The notes below the pieces were generated by a model. It ran no database searches. It was not told the origin of the DNA and saw nothing but the letters and a program-made list of their open reading frames with translations. Shown piece by piece: positions 35,894 to 47,692 of a DNA stretch of 64,000 bases. Source of the stretch: Zootoca vivipara (lineage: Eukaryota); assembly GCF_963506605.1 (NCBI RefSeq), contig NC_083276.1:50096001-50160000 (forward strand), in the 5' to 3' direction. A program made the translations under genes and the position numbers. The stretch's first letter is position 1. Every line of letters starts with the position of its first letter.

Positions 35894-38077
35894 ATCTAGA
35901 AGGCTGAGGCAGTCGAGCCCACAGCCCAGCTTCCTGGCTCACTAGTCCTAAGGGGAGGCGTGTGATTCCTCATCTGGAGTAGGTTTAGCACAGGTGAGGG
36001 TCCTATGCCTCATCAACCCCAGATGCTGCAATCAGCATGCTAAGTATAAAAGGGAAGCAGAGCCAAGGTGGTGTGTCTGCACAACTGCCCATGTTGAGGA
36101 ACCTTGCTTCGATGTTGTGGGAGCTCTGTGGGGCTGTGCTTTAGTTTGGACTTCAAACATGTGGATTGACCCTGGACTAGGGACTTGACTTGCTGCCAGG
36201 TAGGCCAGGGTTTCAGAATGCTCCCTACCTATGAGTGGCCCTGCCACAGCTGCTGGGAAGACACTGTGGCCTCTGTCACCACCACCAGTACGAGCCATTG
36301 ATGTGATTTCCTCCCGGCTAAGTGTGCTTAAAGCTGCTGCCTTAATCTTCCTTCCAGCTGCAGCTCTGACTGTCCTTTTAGCACAGACCCCTTAGGCTTT
36401 GCCAATGTAAAGTGCCAGGCTTTGCTGCTGCACCTTCCACTGAAGCCTGGCAGGCTGAAGAATCACTGTAGCTCCAGGCCAGTGAAAAATTCACATGCTT
36501 AATTTCCACCTGTTGGGCAGCTGTTTAAAAGCCAGGGAGGAGAGGGGGTAATAAATAAAACTGGCAACACGGACTGGATGAAGTGGGATAAAGGAGGGAA
36601 CATATAGCTACTTCTTGATGGTGGAGCCAGAGGAGAGGAGCTCTGATCTGTCTCAGTTGGAGGTCCCTTAAGGAGCCTGGTGGGAGGAGAGAGCGCCCCC
36701 TCTAGGGGCTCATGGCAACTGCATCCTCTTCCTTTCTAAGCAGGGGGTGCTGTAGAAGAACTCCAAGTTTTTTCCTCCTGTTTACTGAGCCATGGAATTA
36801 TTATTTTATCCTGTGACATTTCCTCTGACACCTGTGCTCTGGTATCCCCAAGGCTAATTAGCAGAGCGACCAACAGTGAACCCAGGGGTGTGATTTCCAG
36901 TCAGCTGGAGGTGACATTTCCTCCCTTGATGCTGCTATTGCTGATGCTGAGGGACTGACCTCCAAGCAAGGGCTTTTGGGAAGGCGTTTAGCAGGAGCTG
37001 TGCATTTTTTTGTTTCAGTGAAGCTGCTGTTTTGTTGGGAGGGGAAGCGGAGACCAATCCCTGCCACCACCCCTCCCTTAGTGAAAAATCTTTGGCCCTG
37101 GGCATCTGAAGGGGTGGTGGAGAAAAAAAGCGGAAGGAACTGAAGCAAAGCAAGGTAGAAAAGAGAGGCGATCAATGGGATCCTACAGTTACTACTTCCA
37201 CCCAATTTAGGTTAGAACATTATTATTGCTGCTATTTATCGATTTATGAATCGGCTTTAACACATAATACAAAGCAATTTAACAGCTGAAAATAGTTTTT
37301 AAAAAAACAGTGCAAAAACAACTAAAGATGGGTGTTTGTGTTTTATTTTTCAAAATTAAGGCGGAAATCTTGTCAACCAGCTAGAAAAAGCTTTGACAAG
37401 CAGCAAAAATTTTTAAAAAAGAAAATGTATTCCATTGTTTCCTGAAAGTGCAGATAGTGATATGCACCCTGTATTTCAAGAGGAACGTGTTGCTCCACAA
37501 AATGGGGGCAGCCACACCCAAAGCCCTGCTCTGAGTTGCTATAGAGCAGGCTTCTGATATTTTAGGGACTTGGAAGGAGAAACTCTCTTGCAGAACACAG
37601 TGAGCTACAGGGGGTGCAAGTGTGCAAGGATAAGAGCTCTGCTGGATGAGACCAAAGGTCCATCTAGTTCAGACATGGGGAATCTTTAGCCCTCCAGCTG
37701 TTGCGTAACTCCAACTCCCACCAGCCCCAGCAAGCGTGACCCAATAGCCGGGGGGGGGGGGTACGAGTTGTAGTTCAACAACAACTGGGGTCCGCTGTGC
37801 CTGGAATAATCAGCAGACACACTCCTTGGAAGATCTTAAAAGATTGGCTTGGTCTGTGTCAACTTTTGCCAGCAATTGTCAAAAGCCTATTGGACTTGAA
37901 ATGATGACAGGGCAAAACAAGTGTGGTTCGAGTCCACAGCATACATTTCAAACGCACACAAACACCCTAACAATCCTCGGAAATGTAGTTTATGTGTCAC
38001 ATGGCTATGATTCCCAGCACCATCAACACACAACAGTTCCCAGGATCATTGGAGTGTGTGTGTACTTTAGCGCTATG

Positions 38078-38111
<34 letters not shown>

Positions 38112-40089
38112 CCTAAGGTCTGTGTGATGCCACTTTCAGCCCCCTTGTCATGGGCCTTGTTTTGGGTTTGTGTTGTGGGGTGGGGAGGAAGGAGGAGATT
38201 GCCTGGCGTCTTGAATGTTAACTGGGAGGGGGGACTTGAAGGAACCATAGCATTCTGTCCCTTAACAGCTGGGAGAGGGGAATCAGCTGGGTAGAGAGGA
38301 GATTGCTAGCTCTAATCACAATTACCCCAGACTTCAGTTCAAAGGAATTTGTTTCTATTGTCGCTCAAATAAACACTCTCTTGTTAATCTTGGGTAATTG
38401 TCAGCAAAACCCACGCTTGAAGGGTTTGAACACCTACTCTTCCATCTACACCTGCACACCCCTTTAGCACAGTGAGGCTGCGACAAATGATTATGTTTCC
38501 AGCCAGAGTTTCGCTCTCCTTTGTTTCCTTCTTGTGGGCATGCCTTTCATCCTCCTTCCATGCCCCCACATCTGCTATTTAATCATAACACTGGTCATAT
38601 TCATGACTTGTAAATCAGAATCTCTATTATAGTTTTTTGGGGTTTTTTTTTAAGCGGCTTTGAAGCTGCCTGAAAGGAACCGACCCTCCAAAACTATACA
38701 TTTGCAGGTGCTTTTAGACTAATCCTCTAATTTTTGGCTAATTTCCCCCCTTTGAAAATAAATGTGACTGAGCTGGATTATTGGAGCAATTTCCCCACCC
38801 ACGAACACAGGGGTGGAAATGGCGCTGTGGTCACTGTTGCCAGGCAGCTTAACCGTGCTTTCCGCTTCTCTGCCAGGATTAGAGAAGGGGGAAAGGAGGG
38901 AAATGGACTTCGAGATGTAGACCTGTCGTAAGTGGCAGGAGCGCTGAATCGGCAGGATCCACATGCCTGAACCATAGCCCAGAAAGAACGGCATCTTTAG
39001 AGCTGCATTGTATTGGCAGAGGAGAAACAGCAGCTGTACTGCAAAATGGCTAACAGCAATGCTAAACCTTCTTGCTAACCAATACTTCTTAAAGCAGGGT
39101 GGTGGTGGTGGTAGTTTTTCCACCGCCTTTGTTCTTGCCCTTTGACAAAACGGCAAAGCGCTCCATTATCACTAACCACTCCAAGACAGTCCTTTCTTGG
39201 TTCTAGAAGCTCTCTTGGTTCTTGTGATTGATCTGACCTTTATGCAGTATTCCTATTGATTTCCACCTTTTGCATTCTGCCTTTGTCCTGGGCTGAGCCA
39301 GATGCTGTTTATTTTATGTACTGTATTACACTTTACCCTGATCTTCATCCAGGTTGCTCAAGCAGCTCGCACCCAATTGCTCTTTGATCTCAGATTTAGC
39401 TGCTTACAAGCCCAGAACCTTCATAGTTTCAGCAGTAAAACTGAATCCTGGGTCTTTGGACCATTCTCAAGGCCAGGGCTGGCTCCAAGTTTGGGGGGGG
39501 GGGTCTTTGGCAAAGTGCCCGTTGGTGGGCCTGCTCCAATTTCAGTGGGACCCCAGGTAATTGGCAATGGGGAGGAGAGCAGTAATGCAGCAGTGAGCAA
39601 TAAACACAAAGGCATAACATAAAATCATTGAATACTTCATGAAAGCATAAACAGCAAAATGCAACAGTGGGACTAGATACAGCAGGATGGTTTTATGTCT
39701 GCTAATTTTTTAAAAAGAAGAACTCATCTTAGGGGCAACTACTCAAACTGTAAAATTAGCCTCTTCTGAAATAATTTTATAAAAAACTAACTTGTTGCCT
39801 TATTAAATCTTTAAGAAAAAAACACAATTTGTTTTGAAAAAAGGTGAGGGGTCTTGCTATTAGCCTGTCATGCCACTCTACCCAGTATAAGGTGTAGGAT
39901 GGCTGAATAAAGTCCAGAAGGTTCAAGGGTTGTAGAAAATTAGATATGAACTTGGTTACTGTATAAGGAAGTTATGGTATGGATTGGCATAGCTAGTTTG
40001 CTTGCCTTCTGGTGATTCAGGCTACAGACTGTGCCATTACGGTCTCTCAGAGAAGTCTGAAGGAATGCACAGCACAGATATCATTATCA

Positions 40090-40757
40090 TTATTAAAATT
40101 TCAATACCACCCTACAATATAAAACCACAAAAATACATACCATAATATCAAATAAAAACAATACCCACTACACACAGTTTAAAAGGCCATCAATTGTTTA
40201 ATCAACCAAAGGCCTGAAAGAAGAGAACTCTTTTTGCCTGGTGCCTAAAGATATATATAATGAAGGCAATGGGCAAGGTTCCTTTGGGAGAGCATTCCAC
40301 AATCAGGGAACCACTGCAGAAAAGGCCCCGTTCTCATGTTGCCACCCACTGAACCTCTTGAGGAGGAGGCACAGGAAGAAGGGCCTCAGATAATGATCAC
40401 TGGGTTAGTTCATATGGGGAGAGGTGGTCCTTGAAGTATTGCAGTCCTGAGCTGTTTAAGGCTTTATAAGTCAAAGTCAGCACTTTGAATTGGGCCCAGA
40501 AACTGATTGGCAGCCAGTGCAGTTGGGCCACGATTGGGATTCTTATGCTCGAACTGCCTTGCCCCATTGAGCAACCTGGCTGCTGAATTCTGCACCAGCT
40601 GAAGTTCCCAAGCCCTCTTCAGAGGCAACCCCAAATATCGTGTGTTGCAGCCTAACCTAGAGGTTACCAGAGCATAGGCTATTCCTGTCCAGATGGGGGC
40701 GTGTCAGGACCACCAGAGGAAGCTGATGGAAGGCACTCTGAGCCACTGAGGTGGAGG
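40090..40757 (-). mobile_element. Degenerate L2 LINE fragment
   Basis: Reverse strand shows L2 RT C-terminal sequence (tatgctctggtaacctctaggttag...ttcagctggtgcagaat...tataaagccttaaacagctcagg) and 3' UTR. Confidence 0.7.
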
Positions 40758-40845
40758 CAGTTGTTGTTGTTTAGTTGTTTAGTTGTGTCTGATTCTTTGT
40801 GACCCCATGGACCAGAGCATGCCAGGCACTCCTGTCTTCCACTGC
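40758..40845 (-). mobile_element. BovB (RTE) LINE 3' end
   Basis: cagtggaagacaggagtgcctggcatgctctggtccatggggtcacaaagaatcagacacaactaaac plus a (CAA)n tail. Confidence 0.8.
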
Positions 40846-43800
40846 AGTGACCTTTAAACACCTTAAAATACATTTACTCAAGCTTTCTAGGACTCGGACT
40901 CTGAATTTTTAATATTTTGTTCTCTACATGACTCAGTTTTATTTGTGATAAACTATTGGATTGGAAAATGTTTTTAGGACATTTTTATTGAATTTTGCTG
41001 TATTTTATTAGTTTTATGTAAACTGCTTAGATATTATCAGGAGACAATATATATAATTTTATAAGAAAATGAATAAATACATTTTTGATACCGTACCAAA
41101 CCCTGCAAAACCTATTGGCCAGAGGTGATAGTGAGCTGAGCGTAGACACCACAATCGATCATGCCTCCATCATATTTTTTTTGCAATATTTTAGAGGAAA
41201 GCAATATGATTTTTCTGTTTCCAGCCTTCGGGACCTTCAGTATAACCTACTGTCAAAAGCCCTTCCTAAAGACTAATAAAAATGTCTTAATACATCAGGG
41301 GAGCTTTGCAAAGTGGAGGTGACAAGCAAAGTGGTTGTAGGCAAGGCAACTAAAGAGTAAATTGCTCTGCTACATGACATTCACTGTTTAATTCTTAAAT
41401 AACAAGAGTTGCCTGCTGAGCTAGGTTTGATGACCTGCTCTTGTGCTTTTAAAAATATATGTTTTTTTACTCTGCTGTTGTGCCTTTAACAGCAACACTG
41501 CTGATCTCCATGCCATAACAACAGTCCTCTGCTGATAGCATTTTGCACTAACTGCTGCTTCCAGATCAAGCTGAAGGGCAGCCCTACATACAGTGCATTT
41601 CAGTAATCAAGTCTTGAGGTTACTAAGGTAGAATATTTTCCCCTACAGCTTCCCTGACACAAACTTTTCCTTGATGAGAAACATAGATCTGTTTTCTGCT
41701 ACTTTAATTATCATAGTTTCCAAAAAAGGATCTGGGGGGATGAAGACATAGGACAGTTGGGGAAAACACTGGAGTCTGACCGCTTCTCAGCTGGGAACTC
41801 AGAAATGGGGGTTGATAATTGGGGTGAGAGCTTGGTTCCTCAACTATGCACAAAAGCTCTGTGTGAATGTGAAGGAGTGTTTGGTGAATGGGATGAGGGT
41901 TTTTTTTGGGGGGGGTGGAGCCCTAGATTAAATCTGCTTTTGACTTCAATATGTTGGTCTTTTGGTATACTGTATGTACCTAGGAGATTATTGGGATAAG
42001 TAATTGTTGTATGTGAGTGTGGGTATGAACCAGATTGGATCTGAATTGAGAAAAAGAACTCAATAAGCCCTACCTGTGACCAGACAAGACAGTGGCAAGC
42101 TTGATGCAAACTGCAAGTACATGAGCAATACCTGCAAGCATGGAAATTGAGATTATTATTTGTATGTATGCGTGTCAGAACTAGTGCCAACACTGTTATC
42201 TCCCCGTAATGGGAGCTTGCATTGGGGCAAACCAAGACCCAGGATGAGCGAAAGCAAATTTAGTTGCAGTGATACCAAGGAGACAGCAATGAGCTTTGGG
42301 TCCCTGCTCTCTTGACAAAAGGGTTCCCAAGTAACTACTGTAGAGCTATTTCTTTAAATAGAAGTAATCACTCCACTTTAACATCGTGTCTGCGCTGCAC
42401 AGAAATAAAAGCCAACTCTTTTTTTCCTTTGACAAAGGAATCAGTGCCCAGCGCAGATCGCCTGCCTATCCATTTCCTGCTCAGTATGTTAGGGAGGAAT
42501 GATACACCCACCTGGGGGCTCTGTCTGCAGTAAATGGCACAGAGCTCAGCGAGGAAATGTAGCCCTCATGGTAGAGGAGCAGAGAGGCTCCATCTGAAGT
42601 GCAACCCTTTGTTGAAAGTATGATGGAATGGTGCAGTGCCTACCGGTAATAGGTACCCATTGTTGAAGTCCCGTCCCCCCCAGTTGCACAAAATAATGGT
42701 AAACAAGCACATGGAGCTGTGTGTGAAATGACAGAACAGCCTTTATGATTTGGAAGTTTATTGCTCTCAAAAGAAAAGTGCACCCAGGTCTGCCTGCAAT
42801 AAATTAAGCAGATTGAAAGAGCAATCCTATAAACCAGAACTTGCTACCATGACGACAGGGATGCCATTGAAAGCAGGAGGGCTGGCAAAACCATTAGGTA
42901 AAGAAAGGAGGCTGCCAAGGGCAGCTGATCTGGGCTGTTATGAAAGGGCAGCAAATTACCCATTATTATTATTATTATTATTTTTTATTGGACTTTTAGC
43001 ACCAAGGAAGCTGAGAGCCACGTGGTGAATTACCTGCCTTAAGTGCCAATATGACTGGCCTTGGGGATTCTAGACCCTGACATGGGCAGAAGCGGGATCA
43101 TTTTTTTTGTTCTGCATCAGGCAGAGAAATTGTCACTCACAGAGAACCAGTTTACTGTTTTGTTTATGGTGAGGTTAGACGTTGTGTCAAACAAGTGTTA
43201 TTCCATACTTTCCAGGACATTTCCCCATCATTTTCCACACTGCAAAAACAAACAAACAAACAAACAATCTCGGGGGAAAGCCCATTTGTTGTGCAGGAAT
43301 TCCAAATCAATTCTACTTGCATGAACTGAATTTATCACTGAATCACACCTGACAGCCTGCAAGTGCTCTGTGTCTCAGGCCAGCCCTGGAAAGTAGCATC
43401 CCAGTTGCACATTCTCAACAATCTGCAAAGAATGCAGCTTCTCTCTTTAAAAAAATGTCAAAATAGAAAAAGATCCCTTTTGGATCAGACCAGCATCCCT
43501 TTTTCCGCTATGGTCAACCACATATCGCTGAGAAGTCCACAAGCAGGAGACAAGGGCGAAATGGACAGCTGCTGAAGACCTAAGGTCCCAAAAATCATGT
43601 GTCAATAAATTGATAGGTCAGCAAAGCAAGTATATTTGGACTTAGAATCATAGAGTTGGAAGAGACCACAAGGGCCATCCAGTCCAACCCCCTGCCAAGC
43701 AGGAAACACCAGGGTCACTACACCAAAAAGTCTGGGAACTGCTGCACTACAGGACCAAACAGGAAGTGCTTCCAAAGCTGAGGCTTCATCCTACCTACAC

Positions 43801-45930
43801 ACAGAAGATATAAAGTACTCTCACCACCCATGTCTGAAACAAGTACAGTAGTTTCCTATAGGTGACAGAGGTCTGACAGGCATGTGGAACTCCCTTCTGT
43901 AAAAGCTTTCCCTTGGTGTCGTGAGTATTTGTTATTGCAGAATGGAAAGGGGAAGAGAACTATTTCAAGAGTGAACAGTCATTCTAGCTGCCGGAGGTTT
44001 TAATGTGAGCAACAAATGCAGATTAATATACATTAAACCCAGTAGTTAAGATTGCCACTTATGAAAATAGTCTATATATTTCCCCCTAAGAGCTTGTTCA
44101 CATTTTACGGTGGAAAAACCAAGTAATTTCTCCAGGACTATATTTTTAGATTACTGGGTGGGTGTAGTGCTGGAAGACTATTGGAATATTTTGACGTAGG
44201 CTCCGTGGGTCCTTACTTACATGTACATGTTCGCAGTCTGATATTGCCAAGGCTCTGGTGGAAACACTCTCGGAGGAAGTGAAATGGGGCCAGCCGGTAT
44301 GGCTGCATAGCAGAAGTGGCCTGGGAGTGAGTCTCAAGGGCTGCATAAAGAGACCTTGAGGGCCCGTTTGACCCTAGGCTGAAGTAGTGCATTTTCAGAG
44401 AAGGCCTTTCAAATCTCACAGCCTTTAGGACATTTATCTACTGGGCTTTTAGAACTCCTATGCATGTTGGATTCCTCCCTCCACATTTTATCCTCACAAC
44501 AATCCTGTGAGGTAGGTTAGACACATTTTATTTCCTTGAGAAATTGCTTTGTATTTGCAATTAGTCTTGAGGAAGACCTAGGTGTTCCCTCCAGGTCATG
44601 CAGCTGCCATTGCTGGGAGCCTGGAATTTGCTTTTGTTTTTATTATGTCTTTTCTTCGCATTGTGATTTTGTGCTGTGAACTACCCTGAGTATAGAGCGA
44701 TGTGCAAATTTAATAATAGCACATCCTTTATTTGCTTGTTTTGAAAAGCAAATGTGCTTTTCTCCTACCAGCAAGGATAGTTCCCATGCAACAAGATTTC
44801 TTCCTCATCTATTATATTATAAGTATATTATATTATAATTATATTATTATAATACAATAGCTACCGGGGTATTGCTATCAGAATGATAGATCTAGGAGGG
44901 AAGCTGCTGTCATCATTCCCTAGTAATTAACATTTCTGTATAAGCCCTCAAGAGAAACACTGCTCGGCTCAGAGACCTCTGCTCACAAAGGGAGAGCACA
45001 GCTATTATTCGGTGAGTGATGGCAGGCCTGCACTTGCACTGAGATTTGCTAAATTAATAACCCCTCAATTAAATAATGAAGAATCTGAACAACAGAGCTG
45101 ATGCTGCATCTTTTTTTTTAATTTTGCTGCTCCAAAGCAATTGCAGAGCTAGTAACAGAAGGAAAAGAGTGATATATAGTATTTAAAAAGAAAACTAGGC
45201 AAACAACAGCTGCTAAGACTAAGAGGAAACAGCAACCTGCAAAGAGAGGAAGTTCATAGAGGCCAAGCTCGCAATAACTCTTAATAAAATACAATACAGA
45301 AAATAGGATCTGAGAGTCTCCAAAATACAATATCTTAAGGGATTGGCAATAATACAAAATAAGGTTCATTATGTACAAACAATTTCTGCTTTTGGTCTCT
45401 GTACAACCATGTGAACTTGAGGCACGCATGGACTATGCCCAGCAGCATGTCTAACTATGGAACAGTGGTTCTTTATGCTGGTTTTGGGTTGGGACAGAGA
45501 GAAGGGTGTTTTAGGGGTGGGGTGAGGAGGCTGCAGCGATATGTGTTGGTCCCTGGTGGACTTGACTGGAGAAGAATTGCTCTGAAGGATCTCTCCATCC
45601 CTACATAAACTTTGGAAAGGAAAGCCAGGGCTGCAGCTTGATGACTTTTACATCTGTCCCAAATGTCACCAGGAAACATTAAATGAATGGGGGACATGCA
45701 AGGAACATACACTCGTCCCTACCATCTCTGCAGAGTGAGGAGGAGTGTATTGAGACAGAGCCAGCCAAATCTTCCTTTTCCTTAGGTAGCTGATCTGGAG
45801 GCTCATCCAGTCTGCAGTCTCATGTTTTAAAGGGGGAAATGATAGATAAAAAGGAGCCCTTGAGGTGGCTTGTCTAGAGAAAATTGAATGAAAAGACTGT
45901 CTGCAAAGAGGGCCAAGAACTGGGATAAGA

Positions 45931-45936
45931 TTTATT
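45931..45936 (-). terminator. Candidate polyadenylation signal (AATAAA) of CREB3L1
   Basis: First AATAAA I could find downstream of the stop codon (~770 nt), followed by a pyrimidine/T-rich tract. Confidence 0.45.
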
Positions 45937-46701
45937 CCCAGGTAAGTATGTTCCTCATCACAGAGGAACTGATTCATAGGGGTACTTTGTGAACTCTGCT
46001 TAATGTTTGATGGGGGAAAGCCTCCTTTGAAGAACGTTTTTCTCTTTCTCTTATCTGAACATTTAACTGTAATATGTCTCTGCCTTTGAATTCTCTACAT
46101 TTTGTTTTTTTATGTAACTATGTAGAAATAAGCCACAAAGTAGAAATTAAGCTTTTTCTGACACAGAGACAGACACGGCTGGGGGAAATTTATATAGTAC
46201 AGATTTGTGTGCCAAGAAGTTGGTAACTTGTGGTGACATATTGCAGAGAGAGGAAAGAACATAACCAGTGGCCGTGGTGATTGTGAGTGGGGGTAAATTA
46301 GAGGGCTGACCGAGGCTTCTGACCAAGTTGCCAGACGCAATCCCTGATTGTGGGGGATGCAATTTTGACACTGGGAATCGAGTGTATAAGAGGCAGAACT
46401 CAGGGCCACTTTGGAGGTGTCTAAATGGAACATCCTCTCCCATGTGCTGTGCAATCCTATGCACGTTTACGCAGAAGGAAGTCCCATTCTCACCAATGGA
46501 CCTTCTCCCCTAGTAAGTGTGTTTAGGGTTGCAACCCACACCCCTTACAGTGTAATCCTACACATGCTCACTCAGACTTTAGCCCCACCAAGTTCAATGG
46601 GACATACTCCCAGGTAAGCATGCATGGAATTTCAGCCTTGACCAGGCATCTACTAAAGGATCCTCCACCCAGACGGAAGAGGCCCCGAGGGTTGGCAGCT
46701 G

Positions 46702-46738
46702 CTACAAGTATTCAGCTGCATCACTGGAGGTTCTGTCT
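46702..46738 (-). CDS. CREB3L1: CREB3L1 last coding exon (R)DRTSSDAAEYL*
   Basis: Strong acceptor ctttttccctttctttctgcag|, phase 2, 37 coding nt to TAG; same number of residues as the recalled human terminus RDLGPNTTIKLS*. Confidence 0.75.
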
Positions 46739-47427
46739 CTGCAGAAAGAAAGGGAAAAAGTACCAGTCAGTCATTTTGTCACCTGCTATTTATTTCTCAA
46801 CTCTGTCCTCATAATCAACAACAACATTTTATATATTTATATCCCACCCACCCCCACCCCCCAGAACTGGGACTCAAAACAAGCACAGATAAAACACAAA
46901 ATCCTTTGTTCTATTTTTCAGGTTGGCTAGTGAGGTTCCTCGGAAGATTCTCCTATTTCCTTATTTCTCACTGTCAGTTGAGTGGGGTGGGGTTCTCTTT
47001 GCCTGGACCAAGTTTTCCCAAACTTGGTTCTCCAGCTGCTTTTGGACGACAGTCCCCATCATCTCTGGTAGCTTGTAGTCCAAAAACAGTTCGAGACCCA
47101 AGTTTGGAAAACCCTGGAACATAGCTCAGAGTTAAGAGTTTATGCTGTGCACGCAAGAGGTCTCAGGGAAGGATCAGAAACTTTAGGTTTATGGTTGCAA
47201 ACAGAGAAGAAAAAACACAGCCTGCCCTTGTGACTCTTGAAGACTGCAATCAGCAGTGATGTTATGGCATGGAGTGCCTGACGTCTGCAGATCTGTTAAA
47301 AGCACAGGAGTAGCGGTTAGTGGTTTTCTTTAAAGTTGGCAACCCTGTTTGGACCCCACGTCGCACTTCAGAGATGGAATATAGTTGGTATGAGCTGGAA
47401 AGAGACGAAAGCCCCACACCTGCTTAC

Positions 47428-47692
47428 CTCTCCTGGAATGGCTTCTTGGGGTTAGTGAGAGCTGAGCTGGTCTGGTTCTGATCTGGCCCCTCCTGGTGGG
47501 GTTTGTGCAGGTATTTGGCTGTTTCGTGGGCCACAGCCAGGGGGCTGTGCACATGCTCCTGAGGTCGCTGTTCTTCGCTTTGGCTTTGGTCAGCCTCCCA
47601 CTTGTCATGAGGCTCCACAGAGATGAAGGAGCTGTAGCCTTCCTCAAGGGAGCCCCCATGCTCATCATAGAACAGAAGGCGCCGTGACTGAA
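47428..47692 (-). CDS. CREB3L1: CREB3L1 exon (luminal domain with S1P site)
   Basis: (I)QSRRLLFYDEHGG...HETAKYL...NQTS...FQER; acceptor cttttcag|, donor |gtaagc; 265 nt. Confidence 0.92.
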
